From positions 62,001 to 126,000 of IMG/VR virus record IMGVR_UViG_3300029893_000001: DNA of 64,000 nt; one strand, written 5' to 3'. Position numbers and translations under genes: made by a program. Below the pieces are notes generated by a model. The model did not search any database. It worked only from the letters and a program-made list of their open reading frames with translations, and had not been told where the DNA came from. Below, in pieces: positions 9,870 through 19,677 of the stretch (position 1 is its first letter; each line of letters opens with the position of its first letter).

Positions 9870-11336
9870 TCAAGTCTCCCTGTCGTCGAAAGCACGCATC
9901 CGTATTGCAGGAACATACGGCTTGTCATCAGGACCAACAACAGTGGGGTCAATCCACCTAGTCAGAATAGCAATCCACTCGTCGGGAGACTTAGGAGGCT
10001 GTCCCCTTTCCATCAGCTGCCGATAGGCATTAGAATCTGGCTCGTCTAGAGTCCAGATCTTGTACCCTCCGTCAGTGAGCTTCTTCGCGTCTTTTGGCTC
10101 AAGCGGAAGCTTGCCACGGCGGATGTAACAGCGCTCATGCCCTCTACGATCGTGACGGTAACTCAGCTCCCTAGAAATCTTCGAAAGCCTAGAGTTGCTG
10201 CGTCGCTCCGTCTCCTCGATAAGCTCTTTACGCAGACGAACAATGTAGTACGGCTTTGGAATTAGAGCAGGGACCTTTAGGCGTTCCCTCCTCTTCTGCC
10301 ACGTTCGTCGCTGCTTTGTAGTTGGGCGTGATTCGATGATCAACTTACGGTGGTCGTGGATGACTCCTACTAGGTACGTAGTAATCCACGGAGCTAGCGT
10401 AAGGACAGGATCAAACCAAATACCATTCATGCATACCACGTTAGGTAGCAAGAAGTTGTCCTCCGGCTCCACCACCTGGAGAATCTCAGTAACCCAGCCT
10501 CCCTCGGAATCCCAAATCACATAACCCAGCAGGGCAGCACCCATGATTGGCCTGGTCGGCAAAGCCGCCCTAGCAAGGAACTGATCCTGGGTAAGCGCGA
10601 CACCTGCCCCGAATCCTAGGTAGGTCGCACCGAAAGGCAGGGGGTCTGGAAACGGAACCCTGGAACCTGCCTCCCTGATAGTCTCGATGAATTGGGCCTG
10701 CTCCTCTTCTGACGGGGTGCGATTGTAATTGGGATTAGACGCTGTAGACCCTGCCGTAGGAGCTATCCAATCAAGTTTCGCTATCTTCGTCGTTGTGTAG
10801 ACGTCTGCAGCCCTGTTCGCCTTGAGCCAATCTTCTGGGCGAAAATCGAAGATGCGAGCATTCTTAGCCACCGCCCACAGCTGCCTGGCGAGTTGCACAC
10901 CCTGTTCAAGGTCAGACCCGTCCAAAGAACGAATGGCCTTTCCAGACCCATCGTCCTTTCTAGCGCGTACGTTACCTCTCGACGCATCAAGCAGAGACTC
11001 AAGCAGGTATAGATAGTTGCGTAGCGTAGCTTCGCCTGGATTTTCTACAGGAAGATCTCCCGCAGCAAGCCCTGCCTGTCGGTTGTTCTTAATGAGCTTA
11101 TTGATGAGGTCGCTAGTGTATTCTGCGTACTGCTGGAATCTTTCCTTGCCGCCGCCACTAAATGCCGCCAACAACCTGTTTCGAAGCGGCGTTCGCATCT
11201 GGTCGATAGCGACACGAGTGGCGGCGTAAAATGCAGCATTTCGAGTGGCCTCGCTACCGAAGCTGGCCAACTCTCCTACGAACCAGCGGGCCGCTTCTTC
11301 GGCTGCGGCCTTTTCTTCAGGAGTCAGCTTCATCAT
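9870..11336 (-). CDS. large hypothetical phage protein
   Basis: 488 aa; C-terminal HDRRGHER motif. Confidence 0.75.
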   Translation of the reverse strand: MMKLTPEEKAAAEEAARWFVGELASFGSEATRNAAFYAATRVAIDQMRTPLRNRLLAAFSGGGKERFQQYAEYTSDLINKLIKNNRQAGLAAGDLPVENPGEATLRNYLYLLESLLDASRGNVRARKDDGSGKAIRSLDGSDLEQGVQLARQLWAVAKNARIFDFRPEDWLKANRAADVYTTTKIAKLDWIAPTAGSTASNPNYNRTPSEEEQAQFIETIREAGSRVPFPDPLPFGATYLGFGAGVALTQDQFLARAALPTRPIMGAALLGYVIWDSEGGWVTEILQVVEPEDNFLLPNVVCMNGIWFDPVLTLAPWITTYLVGVIHDHRKLIIESRPTTKQRRTWQKRRERLKVPALIPKPYYIVRLRKELIEETERRSNSRLSKISRELSYRHDRRGHERCYIRRGKLPLEPKDAKKLTDGGYKIWTLDEPDSNAYRQLMERGQPPKSPDEWIAILTRWIDPTVVGPDDKPYVPAIRMRAFDDRET

Positions 11337-11344
11337 CCCCTCAA

Positions 11345-11474
11345 TGGGCAGGGAGGGAGTTGAACCCTCCTAGGCGGACCGTCGTCCTATTGGCCTCCAA
11401 GGATCACCCAGGAGTCGAACCTGGCCGGGGACCACCCCACGCTGGAATTGAACCAGCTACCTTCCACTCTGCCC
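11345..11474 (-). ncRNA. tRNA-like RNA with three tandem T-loop hairpins
   Basis: GGGCAG/CTGCCC closing stem; GCTGG-TTCAATT-CCAGC, CCAGG-TTCGACT-CCTGG, GGAGGG-TTCAACT-CCCTCC. Confidence 0.7.
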
Positions 11475-11476
11475 GT

Positions 11477-11510
11477 GAGAACGGAGGGTGTTCGGACTCC
11501 CTCCGTTCTC
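11477..11510. terminator. strong hairpin after pncA (terminator or processing site)
   Basis: GAGAACGGAGGG...CCCTCCGTTCTC inverted repeat. Confidence 0.6.
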
Positions 11511-11518
11511 ACGACCAC

Positions 11519-12319
11519 TCACGCCAGAAAGTCCGTCGTGGTCGTGACCTTCATGCCCTTCGACTGGAGGTCGCGAACGAAGTCGTCGCCGTACTTCTCG
11601 AAGCTCGGCACGTTCGACGACGCATCCGTGAGCAGGTGGATCTTCTCGACGTACTTCGGGTCCGAGAAGTGAGTCGCGATGTCTCGAACCGTGTTCGCAA
11701 GACAGTGCGAGAGGGCCTCGCCTGCCACAAGAATCACGTCGGCGTTCTCCAGCGTCTGGATGAATCCAGCGTTGATCTGCGTGCTCGGGTCCTCCGGATC
11801 CGGCACCTCGGCCATGACCGCCGAGAAATGCTCGGTCCACGGATTCGAGCCCTTCGTCACGAAGTCGCACATCGCATAGCGATCTTCCCAGTCGTGAACC
11901 GCCGCCGCCAGCTCGGGGACCACATTGTGGCCCTCATCGCCGATGAGGCAGTGGTAGGGCCAAATCACATGCGGGTATCGCTTGCCGGCCTCCAGGTCAC
12001 GAAGATACTTCAGAGAGCGCTTGTAGGCACTCGGCTGGCTGGTGGTCCACGTTCCGGACTCGACATCCTTCGTGGTGATCATCGTGAAGGGTGCCGGGTG
12101 TGCCCCGGACGAATTCTTCCACCACATGGGATGGCTGATGTCCACCTTGCGATGGCTATCGAGCGTGATGTGAATGTCGTTGAGCTTGTCCTTCAGGCGG
12201 TGGACGAGCTTGGCGAGGCGCTTCACATCCTCTTCGGCGCCGGGGACGAAAAGGCTCCCGTTCGGATTGCAGAAATCATTCTGCGGGTCGATGATGACGA
12301 GATCAATCTTCAGCGGCAT
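11519..12319 (-). CDS. pncA: nicotinamidase / isochorismatase-family cysteine hydrolase
   Basis: IDPQNDF, LDSH, WPYHC, KG and AGEALSHC motifs. Confidence 0.8.
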   Translation of the reverse strand: MPLKIDLVIIDPQNDFCNPNGSLFVPGAEEDVKRLAKLVHRLKDKLNDIHITLDSHRKVDISHPMWWKNSSGAHPAPFTMITTKDVESGTWTTSQPSAYKRSLKYLRDLEAGKRYPHVIWPYHCLIGDEGHNVVPELAAAVHDWEDRYAMCDFVTKGSNPWTEHFSAVMAEVPDPEDPSTQINAGFIQTLENADVILVAGEALSHCLANTVRDIATHFSDPKYVEKIHLLTDASSNVPSFEKYGDDFVRDLQSKGMKVTTTTDFLA

Positions 12320-12333
12320 GTACAGACTCTCCT

Positions 12334-12873
12334 CTACTTCTTTTCTTGCTGACCAAGGGTCTTACCCAGGTCATCCATTTTCTTCTTGTACTCATCCATC
12401 GTGATGGTACCGACCTTCATGTCAGGAGCCAGCTCGCGGGCCAGATCGACTAGGAGCTTCCCTGTCCAGTGGAACGCAGAAATCATTCCCTTTTGGGACA
12501 GCATGTCCCATCCGATTTCGGAAGAAAGAGAAACCGCCTTGGTCAGCGTGTCCACATACTCCATGAGCATGTTGTTGACCATGAACAGCACCGCTGCTCT
12601 TTCTTCGCGGATAAACTTCGACAAGGCCTCTTCGCCTGCCTCGCCAAGAACTAGGTGCACGTTCTTCTCAAGGCGGTCCAGCTCGTTTTGTAGGAGCTTG
12701 TCCTTGAGTTCGACAGCCCTGTCGAAGACCTTTTCGGGGTCAGTACTCCCGTCCCTGGACAGGGTCCTCCAGATGTGCTTCTTGTTCTCATAAGATTCGA
12801 GATTGAATTCGCGAATCAAAGAGATCGTGCGGAGAACCGCTTCCTCAGGAGACAACAACTGCTTTTCACCCAT
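12334..12873 (-). CDS. hypothetical protein
   Basis: Helical ORF within gene run. Confidence 0.6.
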   Translation of the reverse strand: MGEKQLLSPEEAVLRTISLIREFNLESYENKKHIWRTLSRDGSTDPEKVFDRAVELKDKLLQNELDRLEKNVHLVLGEAGEEALSKFIREERAAVLFMVNNMLMEYVDTLTKAVSLSSEIGWDMLSQKGMISAFHWTGKLLVDLARELAPDMKVGTITMDEYKKKMDDLGKTLGQQEKK

Positions 12874-13213
12874 GGGCGCTCTTCTTTCTGTTCTTACGGC
12901 TTCGCGAACGCTTTCTATCGGGCTCCACATCGAGGTCCTCGACGTCGACACGTACTCGTGCTCTGGCTGCCTCGATGCGGTCCGATAACGTGTCCGCTAA
13001 CGCCGCGTCTGCAACCATGATGGACAAAACCTCATCGAGCTTTTCGATCTCGCGCAGACGCCGCTCGTGTTGTGTTTGGTTCAGCGAGGCTTTGTATCGT
13101 AATCGACGATCTCGAAACCATTCTCGAATTCCATCGCCAACCTTGGTTAAGAAAACGACGACACCGAAAGCGAGAAGAATACCTACGACAGGATTCTCCA
13201 GAAGTTGGTCCAC
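12866..13213 (-). CDS. membrane-anchored coiled-coil protein
   Basis: N-terminal hydrophobic helix, GGAG RBS. Confidence 0.6.
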   Translation of the reverse strand: MDQLLENPVVGILLAFGVVVFLTKVGDGIREWFRDRRLRYKASLNQTQHERRLREIEKLDEVLSIMVADAALADTLSDRIEAARARVRVDVEDLDVEPDRKRSRSRKNRKKSAHG

Positions 13214-13479
13214 CCTCGTCTCCTTTTCAACGCACGGTTGAACTAATTGGTTCTCTTCGGGGCAGCGTATTCTTCGTGAGTTTGGGACCGAGGAGCCACC
13301 GCAGAACGCTGATCCAGTAGAACCTGTCTGCCTCCAATTCCATGGCAGCTACGAGCACCGGAGAAACGGGCAGAACGCATACCATCGTGTAGCCAGTCGA
13401 GTCCGATAGAGTTATCGACTGTCCAGTGAGGGACTTGTGACTCCGAAGCGTCCTGCCGTCTTCGCTGGAAACGATCATA

Positions 13480-14259
13480 TTAGTTGTCGAAGAAGAAGCA
13501 AATCCGAACCTCATTCGGATCGCCTAGCTGCTGCAGAGCGGGCAGCGTCTCCGTCAGGAACGATTCAGCACACTCTGCGTAGGACTTTTCCCACGAAACA
13601 AGAGTGTACACGTTGGCGACCCTGTCATATGGATCGGATTTCGGAGGATTCGAAGAAATGTACTTCTCCATCTCTTCGTTGGAAACGTGTGAAATACCGG
13701 GGCCCATGATAGCACCGCACCACCCATCAGGAGACCCCTTCTCCTTGAACGTGATGTAGCTGGAAGGCCCGACCCATCCCTGAAGCCGCGTCGTCTGGTT
13801 CCAGTCGTAATCGAGAAGCTCCTGGACCGTGAACCACGAGTGGCTGTGTCCATCCGCCTCCCACCGATCTGCCTCCCAACGGTATCCGACAGAGGCGTCC
13901 TCCGGAATGCCCTTGGGATCTGCAATTGGATTGAATCCCTCGCCGGTTTTCACTCCAGCAAAGCCACGACCGTTCCGAACGTCAGCCAGGATCGCAAACA
14001 GGTTGTAGTTGCGACCTACGTACATCGCACTGCTTCGCTTCTGCTTGTAGATTTCGTCCCACTCTTCGTAGGAGTCTACCCACTTGCCAGGGAACGAGTT
14101 GTAAAGGGCTTGCCTTTTTGCTTGCTTCTCGGGGTCGTTCTTGTAGTACTCTACGATCTCTGCCGCTTCGTCTCGGATCTCAACGAGCGTCTCTGGGTAC
14201 ACCAATGTCCAGACGCCATCGATCTTCTTCTCAACGTAAAAATGGATGTCACATCCCAT
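13480..14259 (-). CDS. conserved phage protein (MGCDIH family)
   Basis: MGCDIH...RNYNLFAILADVRN...HSHSW...FFFDN. Confidence 0.75.
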   Translation of the reverse strand: MGCDIHFYVEKKIDGVWTLVYPETLVEIRDEAAEIVEYYKNDPEKQAKRQALYNSFPGKWVDSYEEWDEIYKQKRSSAMYVGRNYNLFAILADVRNGRGFAGVKTGEGFNPIADPKGIPEDASVGYRWEADRWEADGHSHSWFTVQELLDYDWNQTTRLQGWVGPSSYITFKEKGSPDGWCGAIMGPGISHVSNEEMEKYISSNPPKSDPYDRVANVYTLVSWEKSYAECAESFLTETLPALQQLGDPNEVRICFFFDN

Positions 14260-14501
14260 CGAACTTCTCCTGATTTCCTAGCTTCAGTTCCAGCGGCGGC
14301 GGTCTTCGCTTTCTGCGGCGCAGCCTATCGTACCGCTCAAATTGGGCGTTGACAGACGGTTCCCAGCCAACGGTGACTCTCCACCAGAGCCATAGGCAAA
14401 TGTCTTGGAGGCGCTCGTCGCTGACAGAATCCCCAGACCCACAGATTGCGCTGTGAATCTCCTCTGAGATAGCCAAGACCGCATACTTATGACGGTCGGC
14501 T

Positions 14502-14933
14502 TTATCGAAACGTATCTTCACGGCCGTGAAACCCAGTCCTCCATCCACGGGCCCTAGCCATCTCGAAATTCTCCTTCGAGATCTTGAGGGCTGCAGTGCT
14601 GATGTGAACGTCGCCCATTTCTCCGTGCTCACAGTACACGGAGAACGCACGACAGAATCGGAAATTCTTCATGTGAGGCTCGGCGTACCAGGATGCCGCC
14701 TCCTTCAACTCGTCCAGGTACTCCTGGCTGTGAGGCCCAGGAGACCCAGGCAGTGCGGGATCCAAAACCTCGCAGAAAATGGCCACGCTACCAGGACCAA
14801 TGCGAATGAAGAAATCCCCCGGAGCCAACTGGCTTTGCCAGTCTTTAACGGCGTGATCTGCTTCGATGCGGTCGTTTTCGATGGCAGCAAGCATCTCGTC
14901 GAGGCTTGCGAACGAATGAATGGAGTGGGTCAT
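14502..14933 (-). CDS. hypothetical protein
   Basis: GGGAGG RBS; downstream of motif copy 3. Confidence 0.65.
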   Translation of the reverse strand: MTHSIHSFASLDEMLAAIENDRIEADHAVKDWQSQLAPGDFFIRIGPGSVAIFCEVLDPALPGSPGPHSQEYLDELKEAASWYAEPHMKNFRFCRAFSVYCEHGEMGDVHISTAALKISKENFEMARARGWRTGFHGREDTFR

Positions 14934-14948
14934 GGCAGGCCTCCCATC

Positions 14949-14968
14949 TAATATCGGCAGGGTTCAAC
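14949..14968 (-). promoter_or_regulatory. conserved 20-bp motif, copy 3
   Basis: GTTGAACCCTGCCGATATTA. Confidence 0.65.
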
Positions 14969-16283
14969 CGGCCAACACTTTGAGTCGACGCTTTCTGTCA
15001 GGAATGCGCTTCGGCATCGACCGGTTGTGTTCAGCGAATTTGCAAAGAAGGAAGTGTGCGTCGTCAGGCACGTGGCACTGTGGACTGTAGTCACACTCGT
15101 AACACGCATCGAACCACGAGCTTCTCGCCCCAGCAAGCTTGTTCCAGATTCGCTGGAACTTAGTCCTGTAGATACTGACCTCGCGTGCGTCGTCAGTCTC
15201 CGGGTCGAACGAACTGTGGCTCACTCGTCCCTTATCGTCTACATAGCACGAAAATAGCCCCTCCTGCTGCCCCGCGAAGCGAGTGTCCACTTCGGGGAGC
15301 TGGTGGCTCAAGAAGTAGGGGAGCAGCCCTTCCGAGAAGGCAATTCGAAACCCGCTCGATTGCACTTGCGTAAGTGCCCGCGGTAGAGTTACCTCGTACA
15401 CGCCCTTCGAAGGGGTGCCTTCCCAACTCGCACGTCCCACAGAGGGGTAATACGCCAATAGCACCACGTTGAGATTTCGCAGCCCGACTTCTTGCAGGTC
15501 CAGCAAATTATCAGCAACATCGTTGTCAAAAATGACGTGGACATTGAGCTGAACCCGGCTATCAAGTCGAGAACGCCACGTATCGTACGTCTGCTTGAAG
15601 TATTCCGGCCCCTTGAACGCGTGGTACGTCAAGGCGACCCCACCACAATACTTGTTGGTGGCGTTAAACACCTCATCCCGAAGGATATGCCCAGCCGTTG
15701 TGTAGTTCGGAACGGTGCCCTGTGCTCGTGTGTACTCCAAGAACCACGGAAAATCGGGATGAGCGGTAGGCTCCCCACCCCCGAAGGCGATCTGATACGG
15801 CGCCTGATCGAGGCCGCTGAAGATTTCAGCGAGAAGCTCACGCGGTGCGTGGTCTCCCTTCACGGTAGAATCCATGTAGCAGTACGAACACCCGAAATTG
15901 CACCAGTCGGTGATCTTCACGTCGATGGTCTCAGGAACGGGCGAAAACGCCTTCTCTTCTCGCCAAGTCGGAACATAAGTCGATGACCTACGAACCTTCG
16001 TACCATCAGCCTTCGTGTAAGTGTAACGGCGAGTCGTTTCGAACTTGCGGCCCCACGCCTTTTTGATGGCTTGGAATTCCGCTGTACGGTGATATCGAGC
16101 CCCAGACTCAATACCCAGGTAAGCAGCAACCGACTCTACCAGCGTGCCCTTTTGGGTGTACCAAGAGCGGTCTTCATCCTCAGGAACCTCTACGCTGCGA
16201 ACGAGGACACCTGTCTCAGTATCGAACGTCGACTCGTAGAACGTGAACCCCCTGAACGAGTTCTTCATGTGACGGAGAGCCAT
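14964..16283 (-). CDS. radical SAM protein with SPASM/twitch-like C-terminus
   Basis: CNFGCSYC, GGGEP, C-terminal CYECDYSPQC. Confidence 0.9.
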   Translation of the reverse strand: MALRHMKNSFRGFTFYESTFDTETGVLVRSVEVPEDEDRSWYTQKGTLVESVAAYLGIESGARYHRTAEFQAIKKAWGRKFETTRRYTYTKADGTKVRRSSTYVPTWREEKAFSPVPETIDVKITDWCNFGCSYCYMDSTVKGDHAPRELLAEIFSGLDQAPYQIAFGGGEPTAHPDFPWFLEYTRAQGTVPNYTTAGHILRDEVFNATNKYCGGVALTYHAFKGPEYFKQTYDTWRSRLDSRVQLNVHVIFDNDVADNLLDLQEVGLRNLNVVLLAYYPSVGRASWEGTPSKGVYEVTLPRALTQVQSSGFRIAFSEGLLPYFLSHQLPEVDTRFAGQQEGLFSCYVDDKGRVSHSSFDPETDDAREVSIYRTKFQRIWNKLAGARSSWFDACYECDYSPQCHVPDDAHFLLCKFAEHNRSMPKRIPDRKRRLKVLAG

Positions 16284-16326
16284 GGATTTTCCTCGGCGAA
16301 CGTGTTATCTTGAAAGAGGAGCAGTA

Positions 16327-16545
16327 ATGCACGACCGCCCCAAAAAGAAAACGGTAGACCTCTGCTATCACAAGCAAGACGACGGTTCGCCCTGCGAAGA
16401 AAAGGTCATGTGGAAGCTGAAGAGCGAAGAAAACGGTCGCACGTTTAAAGTGTGCGACCGTCATCTCGCGTGGGGGATTCGGCTTTCTGGGTATCCAGCG
16501 TACGTGGATGTATTCAACGCAGAGGCCCCTGCCGAAACAGACTAA
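16327..16545 (+). CDS. small Cys/His protein
   Basis: GAGGAG RBS; C...C...CDRH; one of few plus-strand genes. Confidence 0.6.
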   Translation: MHDRPKKKTVDLCYHKQDDGSPCEEKVMWKLKSEENGRTFKVCDRHLAWGIRLSGYPAYVDVFNAEAPAETD

Positions 16546-17381
16546 AAAGCCTGCGAGTAGCCGATGTTGACGTGAGTTTCGGCGGGAGTGCTCCAAAGAT
16601 GGAATTCCAAGCCAAATGCCACGCCCGTTGCTGCTAACAGAACTCCAGAAACAACGAACATAACGTTCGCACTAGTTGCGAGCGTCACGATATGCTCAAC
16701 GTCCAGAGGCGAACAGCCGGTGGCAGTTTGGCCACACGTTGACGAAAGCTCCTCGAACTGTAGCTGAGCTGCCACACCGAGCCCTACCGCAGTCACGAAC
16801 GACGCAAGCGTAAACGCTCCTCCCGTCAGCGTCCACCCGAATCCGAATCCTCGGTCTACTGGGGCAGAAACAACGACCTCGGGGATCGTAATAGCCCCAT
16901 CCTCGTCCGTGGTTTCGTCGCGCGGAGCCTCCTCCGCCTCCTCGACCGCGGAGATCTCCACTTCCTCTGCAGCCTCGTCGGCAGCCGCCATCCTGGCTCG
17001 GTCCAGTAATAGCCGCAGGTCGGCGATTCGAACTCGAATAGCCGCTGCATCCTCGGCTTGTGGAAGTTCTCGCAAGTAGCGAGAATAAGCGTCCACAGCA
17101 CGCTGCATGTACGGAATCGAATCCGCATCTCCGACGGTATCCGCAGCTCGCTCGTAACAAAGCCCGATGTTGTAGAGCAGCTCTGGCGCAAAAACAGTCG
17201 TGAACGACTGTTCGAAATGCGTAGCACAATCAAGCCAACGGCCCTGACGAAATGCTAGCTCTGCCCGGCTGAAATGTTCCTGTGCTTGCTGAATTTGCTC
17301 CTGGGAAGCCCTAGACTGAGCGTGTACCGTCCCAGGGACGCACACCAGAAGAGCCAAGAGAAAACCTACCTGTCGCAACAT
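16542..17381 (-). CDS. secreted/membrane TPR protein, myxobacterial type
   Basis: Signal peptide, TPR (ELLYNIGLCYE...YSRYL), acidic linker, two C-terminal TM helices flanking a Cys pair. Confidence 0.75.
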   Translation of the reverse strand: MLRQVGFLLALLVCVPGTVHAQSRASQEQIQQAQEHFSRAELAFRQGRWLDCATHFEQSFTTVFAPELLYNIGLCYERAADTVGDADSIPYMQRAVDAYSRYLRELPQAEDAAAIRVRIADLRLLLDRARMAAADEAAEEVEISAVEEAEEAPRDETTDEDGAITIPEVVVSAPVDRGFGFGWTLTGGAFTLASFVTAVGLGVAAQLQFEELSSTCGQTATGCSPLDVEHIVTLATSANVMFVVSGVLLAATGVAFGLEFHLWSTPAETHVNIGYSQAF

Positions 17382-17399
17382 AGCGACCTCCTTGCCCCT

Positions 17400-17419
17400 T
17401 ATTATCGGCAGGGTTCAGC
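17400..17419 (-). promoter_or_regulatory. conserved 20-bp motif, copy 4
   Basis: GCTGAACCCTGCCGATAATA. Confidence 0.7.
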
Positions 17420-17702
17420 CCCTATTGGATATGGGCGCGGGAACTGTACCTCCACACCCAACCAAGGACTCCACCCGCCTCGCGAATCAACGGCGATTTT
17501 GACTCACTCATGTGCTCGATGGCATCAGCGGGCTGCAGCACAGAAAATACCTCTGCGATGCAATCACGAAGCTCCAATGGAATGCTAGAGTCGTCCCTAG
17601 TTAACTCTATCCCATGTTTCGGGTAAGCAAACAGAAGTTGCGAAACTTGGATGAGTCGCGACCGAAGTTCGGCGCCTAGCGCGGTTTTGTCTCTTGTGGC
17701 TC

Positions 17703-18098
17703 TCATCTCTCAGAAAGTACCTGTGGTAGCCCACGTCGCTCAGAAATGCACTGCGCCTCAGGACACTCACAGTCTTGGCTTTCGCATCCACCAAAATGGG
17801 AGAAATCCGGGTCGCACGCCGCACAGAGCGCGGCACCTTCCCGAAGAAAGTCGAGTCCCTTTTTGGTGAGACGCACACTAGTCCAAGGAAAGTCGCCGCC
17901 AAGAGATTCGAGATACCCCTCCTTGAACAGGGCGTCCAACGTTTTCGCGATGGCAGGAGAAAACGTTGCCTCGAAAACCGAAAACCTCTTCGCCTTGTTC
18001 AAAACGGTGAGGATTACCTTTCGGTTTCCACGCTTGTTGCGTGGAATATCATCTAGCCCAGCCGAGAACGAGCACACGAATACAGTGTCACGTGCCAC
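17703..18098 (-). CDS. hypothetical protein (wHTH-like plus Cys cluster)
   Basis: L..EGYL...VRLTKKG pattern. Confidence 0.55.
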   Translation of the reverse strand: MARDTVFVCSFSAGLDDIPRNKRGNRKVILTVLNKAKRFSVFEATFSPAIAKTLDALFKEGYLESLGGDFPWTSVRLTKKGLDFLREGAALCAACDPDFSHFGGCESQDCECPEAQCISERRGLPQVLSER

Positions 18099-18690
18099 GG
18101 GAATTCCTAATCTGCGTGCTAGAGATGCCTGCTAGGTGAAGGGGCAGCTCCACTCCTGAGTCAAAGCAATTCTTCGGGCCTGATGCTAAGCGCATTCCAT
18201 TTCTAGGCCAGACACAAAAGCTGCAGCCCATTTTGCTAACTGCCGCCCTTCCGTTGATCTCAACAAGTCGAACGTAATTGTCGTAGCCAATGTGGAAGAT
18301 CACCTCTTCCGCATAAGAGCGAAGAACTTCGTACTTGTCCACAAAAAGCGGCTGAGCCGTTACGAGAACATCGGCATAGCCGGTAAACTGGCGAAGCCGC
18401 TTCATTAGCTCGTCTTTCGTGAGGTCAGCCTTCCCTACTCGACTTGTGGAGATTTCGAAATACTTCGCGGAAGTCGTGGCTGCAACGGCGTATCCTGCTG
18501 ATCCATAACGCTGGACCACCATGGCATCCTCATCGATCGATTCGAACATCCACCGGTGGCCGTCATGAAGGGGATCAAAAGACCCACACAGCACATGTAG
18601 CTCTCCCACCTTCATCTTTGGGCTGAACGGCTCCAGGCCACGTGCCCTGCCGAGGCCACGGAATACACCAACGTAGTTTGAGTCAAACAT
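18088..18690 (-). CDS. HxGH nucleotidyltransferase (NadD/NMNAT-like)
   Basis: GSFDPLHDGH, IGYDN, ISSTQIR. Confidence 0.8.
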   Translation of the reverse strand: MFDSNYVGVFRGLGRARGLEPFSPKMKVGELHVLCGSFDPLHDGHRWMFESIDEDAMVVQRYGSAGYAVAATTSAKYFEISTSRVGKADLTKDELMKRLRQFTGYADVLVTAQPLFVDKYEVLRSYAEEVIFHIGYDNYVRLVEINGRAAVSKMGCSFCVWPRNGMRLASGPKNCFDSGVELPLHLAGISSTQIRNSRGT

Positions 18691-18870
18691 CGAAATTACT
18701 CACAACGACATCTCGCCCGGAACGCTGCAGCTCCGGCACACGTGAACGGGTCAGTACCCACCGCACAATGTTGCTCTAATTCTTGGGCATGAGCACACCG
18801 TCTCGCACATTCTTCATCCGACGGCGGGCTGCCACAAGCGTCCAGCAAAAAGACGGCAGCTATCAGAAAC

Positions 18871-19428
18871 CTAAACACGGACCAAGAATCCACCGGTTTG
18901 CAGCTCGTCGACCAAGTCTGACGAAGTTCCTGTTGCCAGCGCAAGTGCACACTCACTGATCATCCGATCCTGAATGTAGCGCTTACGGGACACCTTATAC
19001 GTGTCGCTGTGGTCAGCCTCATCAAGCTTGTCTAGCTGGAGGTGATAAACGTCTACGGAAGAGGGGTGTCCAAACGCAATGAATGCATGATTGTCACCAC
19101 GGCGATACCTGGTAGTCGTGATCGCTCCAGTTACAGTGATAGGAAGCGCTTCCCTCAAATCATGCGAGTTGCACAAATGAAGAGCGACAACCATCTCTTG
19201 TGAGACCGAGCCGGCATTACCCAAAACGTCAGCCGCATTTGGGTGCAGTCTTTCGATAAGCGCTGCTACGCTTTCTCGTGAATACGGTACGTAGATGCTA
19301 TCGATAACCGCCGACGATCCAGGAATCCCCAAAATCCCAGTAGCGTAAGAACCTACGCCGGTCAGCAGAAGCCTAAGCTTCGGACCGGCGTAGTTCGATA
19401 CGAAGGAACAGATGTCAAATTTCGCCAT
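18871..19428 (-). CDS. CinA C-terminal / PncC-like protein
   Basis: TG.GS...IPGSS......VPYS...SVS.E...TG......RRG. Confidence 0.65.
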   Translation of the reverse strand: MAKFDICSFVSNYAGPKLRLLLTGVGSYATGILGIPGSSAVIDSIYVPYSRESVAALIERLHPNAADVLGNAGSVSQEMVVALHLCNSHDLREALPITVTGAITTTRYRRGDNHAFIAFGHPSSVDVYHLQLDKLDEADHSDTYKVSRKRYIQDRMISECALALATGTSSDLVDELQTGGFLVRV

Positions 19429-19434
19429 GACGTT

Positions 19435-19454
19435 TATTATCGTCAGGGTTCAGC
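19435..19454 (-). promoter_or_regulatory. conserved 20-bp motif, copy 5
   Basis: GCTGAACCCTGACGATAATA, 6 nt before an ATG. Confidence 0.7.
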
Positions 19455-19677
19455 GGATTGACAGTCGCACTCGCCACGCATCGGGTTTGTTAGGAGAGCG
19501 CAGTCGTCCGTGTGATCTGCAAGAAATGACGTTGCATCCCACATCTCCTCACCGACCTGCTCGTCATACTGACACTCTTCGCAATAGGAAAATGGCTCCT
19601 GAAAATGGTGAGGACATCCACCATTTTTGGAGGCCCATTTTCTCCAATCGCGCGCAGCGTTAACTAGTCGCTGGAAG

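Noticed and set aside
11231-12352. Long plus-strand ORFs (373 aa here, also 2953..3777 and 31097..31837)
   Set aside because: Antisense shadows of codon-biased minus-strand genes, with no recognisable motifs.
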